Made by a program: the position numbers and the translations under genes. DNA of 64,000 nucleotides, from assembly GCA_030390025.1 (NCBI GenBank), contig CM059427.1:196726001-196790000 (forward strand), in the 5' to 3' direction. The stretch comes from Squalus acanthias (Eukaryota). Below are positions 61,947 through 64,000 of the stretch, piece after piece. The notes beneath the pieces were generated by a model. The model worked only from the letters and a program-made list of their open reading frames with translations, was not told the DNA's origin and did not search any database. Position 1 is the stretch's first letter; each line of letters begins with the position of its first letter.

Positions 61947-64000
61947 CTCACTATTTACAGAGTTCTTGCAGTTTAAATTCCGGATAACTTCTTCATTTCC
62001 ACTCGTGGCGTTATTCTTCCGTGTGGATGACCTGCACATGTTAGGAAACATGGCGTCTCTCTTGGCCGTACCTGAAGATGAACACGTGTCATAGCGGAAG
62101 CTTTGAGAAAGTGGATCGCCCCCAAACACCTCGACATAGTTCGGAACTATTTCAAGATTTCTGCTGGCTTTTTGAATTCCATTCAACGAATTTCGTTCGT
62201 CGAAGCAACAACAGGTGTCCAGGTAACCATTATGCGCACCAAACCTGTTTCTGTTTTTATGAACCTTAATGGCGAGAATCATTAAAACCACGAGAAAAAT
62301 AGATGAGGTTATTCCTAACGATATGACTAAGAAAAGGCTGATGTCACCAAAGGACCCTGGATCCTCAGACAGACTGCTCAAGTCAGAAAGCATTTCCGTA
62401 TCACCGTCTGTCAGTGATAAGATGATTGTCATTGAAGCTGAAAGCGGTGGTGAACCATTGTCTTTTGCACCGATGACCAACCTTTGCTTTGTGCCATCTT
62501 TGCTCATAATGCCACGGATTGTCCAGATTTCGCCTGTATCCGGCGAAATGGTAAAAAGTCCAGGGTCAGTCGTCTGGAGAATCTGGTAAGAGAGGCGAGC
62601 ATTCTGGCCAGAGTCGGCATCAGTGGCCGACACCTTGGCAACTAGATAGCCAGGTTCTGCGAATCGAGATACTGTCTCTGTTACTGTAGATCCATACTCG
62701 GGTAATGGATGCACGATCACCGGAGCATTGTCATTCTGATCAAGAATAATTACCTCCACCGAGGCGTTGCTGGAGAGTGGTGGGACTCCAGAGTCTGTAA
62801 CCTGAACTTGGATATGAAATGCTTTGAGTTTCTCGTAGTCAAAAGATCTTTGAGAAAATATGACTCCCTTTTCTGGTTGGATGTAGACGAAATTGAACAC
62901 TGACTCACCCTGAACCTGAGTCGCCCTGATGGAATAGTTTAGCCGAGAGTTCTGGTTTAAATCTGGATCAAAAGCTGTCACTGAAAAGATAGACCCTCCA
63001 ATAACATTGTTCTCCATCACGTAAGCTGTATATAAAGGTTGTGGAAAGCGGGGCGCGTTATCGTTTATATCCGAAACCTCCACCAGGATGATTTTCTTTG
63101 ATGTGAGGGGAGGAGACCCTGAATCACTGCAGAGGACAGTGACTTCGTACCTCGAGGTATTTTCACGATCAAGTACCTGTTGTGTGCGCAATGTTAAGTA
63201 TCTCTTGGAGGATGAATCCAGTTGAAAAGGAAGTTTATCTGTGACTTGACATTCTATCCGCCCATTTTCGCCTGAATCTTTGTCTGTTGCACTGATTAGA
63301 GCTACAACTGTCCCGGGCACCGAGTCTTCAGGAACTGGACTGAACAGGGTAGAGACAGTTACCTCAGGGGAGTTATCATTTATATCCACAATCTGAACCA
63401 ACACATCACAATAAGCAGGAACTGCGTGAGCACCCTTGTCGATTGCTTGTACATTGATCTCAAAAACACTGTCCTCTTCATAGTTTAAATTTTCCTTGAC
63501 TCTGATTTCACCAGTTTTGGATTCTAGTCGAAACAGCTCACGGACTCTAACAGATGTATGTCTGGTGAAAGTGTAAACAATCTCTCCATTGGAAGCGTCG
63601 TCCAAATCAGTGGCATTCAGTTTGATCACCAATGTTCCTTTAGGTGTATTTTCCAACAGACTGACTCTAAAAACTGACTGGGAGAACACAGCCGTGTTGT
63701 CGTTGGCATCTTGTACACTGATTAATATTTGTGCAGTTCCAGAACGCTCAGGGACCCCGCCGTCTTTGGCAATCAGCACTAACCTGTGAGTAGATGCATT
63801 TTCTCTATCCAATTCCCTTTTCAAAATTAACACTGGCATGTCTACATTCCCATTTCGGCTCTCAACGTTTAAAGCGAAATATTCGTCTGCAACAAGCTGG
63901 TACGACTGTACAGAATTGAATCCTACGTCTGGGTCGTGAGCGCATTCAAGGGGATAGCGCCTTCCTGGTGCGGCCATCTCTGAGATTTCAAGGCGGAACT
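61947..64000 (-). CDS. Clustered protocadherin variable exon V7, 5' part outside window (EC2 onward)
   Basis: ORF 61932..63977 is open from the window edge (FRLEISEMAAPG) through EC6, TM and cytoplasmic part; donor GT at 61946-61945. Confidence 0.95.

Overview
Vertebrate genomic DNA, almost certainly a cartilaginous fish judging by the SacSINE1/Deu-type SINEs, HE1-like SINE, CR1 LINEs and the protein style. The window lies in the variable region of a clustered protocadherin (Pcdh) locus transcribed on the minus strand. It holds seven large variable exons (signal peptide, six cadherin repeats, TM, short cytoplasmic part), each ending in a phase-0 GAG|GTGAGG donor. V2, V3 and V6 are intact; V1, V4 and V5 carry only single-base deletions in short homopolymers; V7 is cut by the window edge. 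No constant exons are visible and they would lie left of position 1. V1-V6 each have their own conserved promoter. Five decayed pseudogene or orphan-promoter relics alternate with the live genes from about 19 kb onward, showing tandem amplification of a live+dead unit. The spacers carry CR1 LINEs (one with an intact ORF2), Harbinger-like DNA transposons with ATT target duplications, LF-SINE-like relics and other repeats. The most unusual signals are an out-of-frame uORF at exactly -16 overlapping the start codon of all six complete genes and lost in the pseudogenes, a fixed-spacing inverted CCAAT pair plus CSE-like element in the promoters, and a correctly phased T_TTA_AAC slippery heptamer at the CR1 ORF1/ORF2 junction. 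All comparisons were made by eye and repeat family names come from recalled consensus similarity, not database searches.
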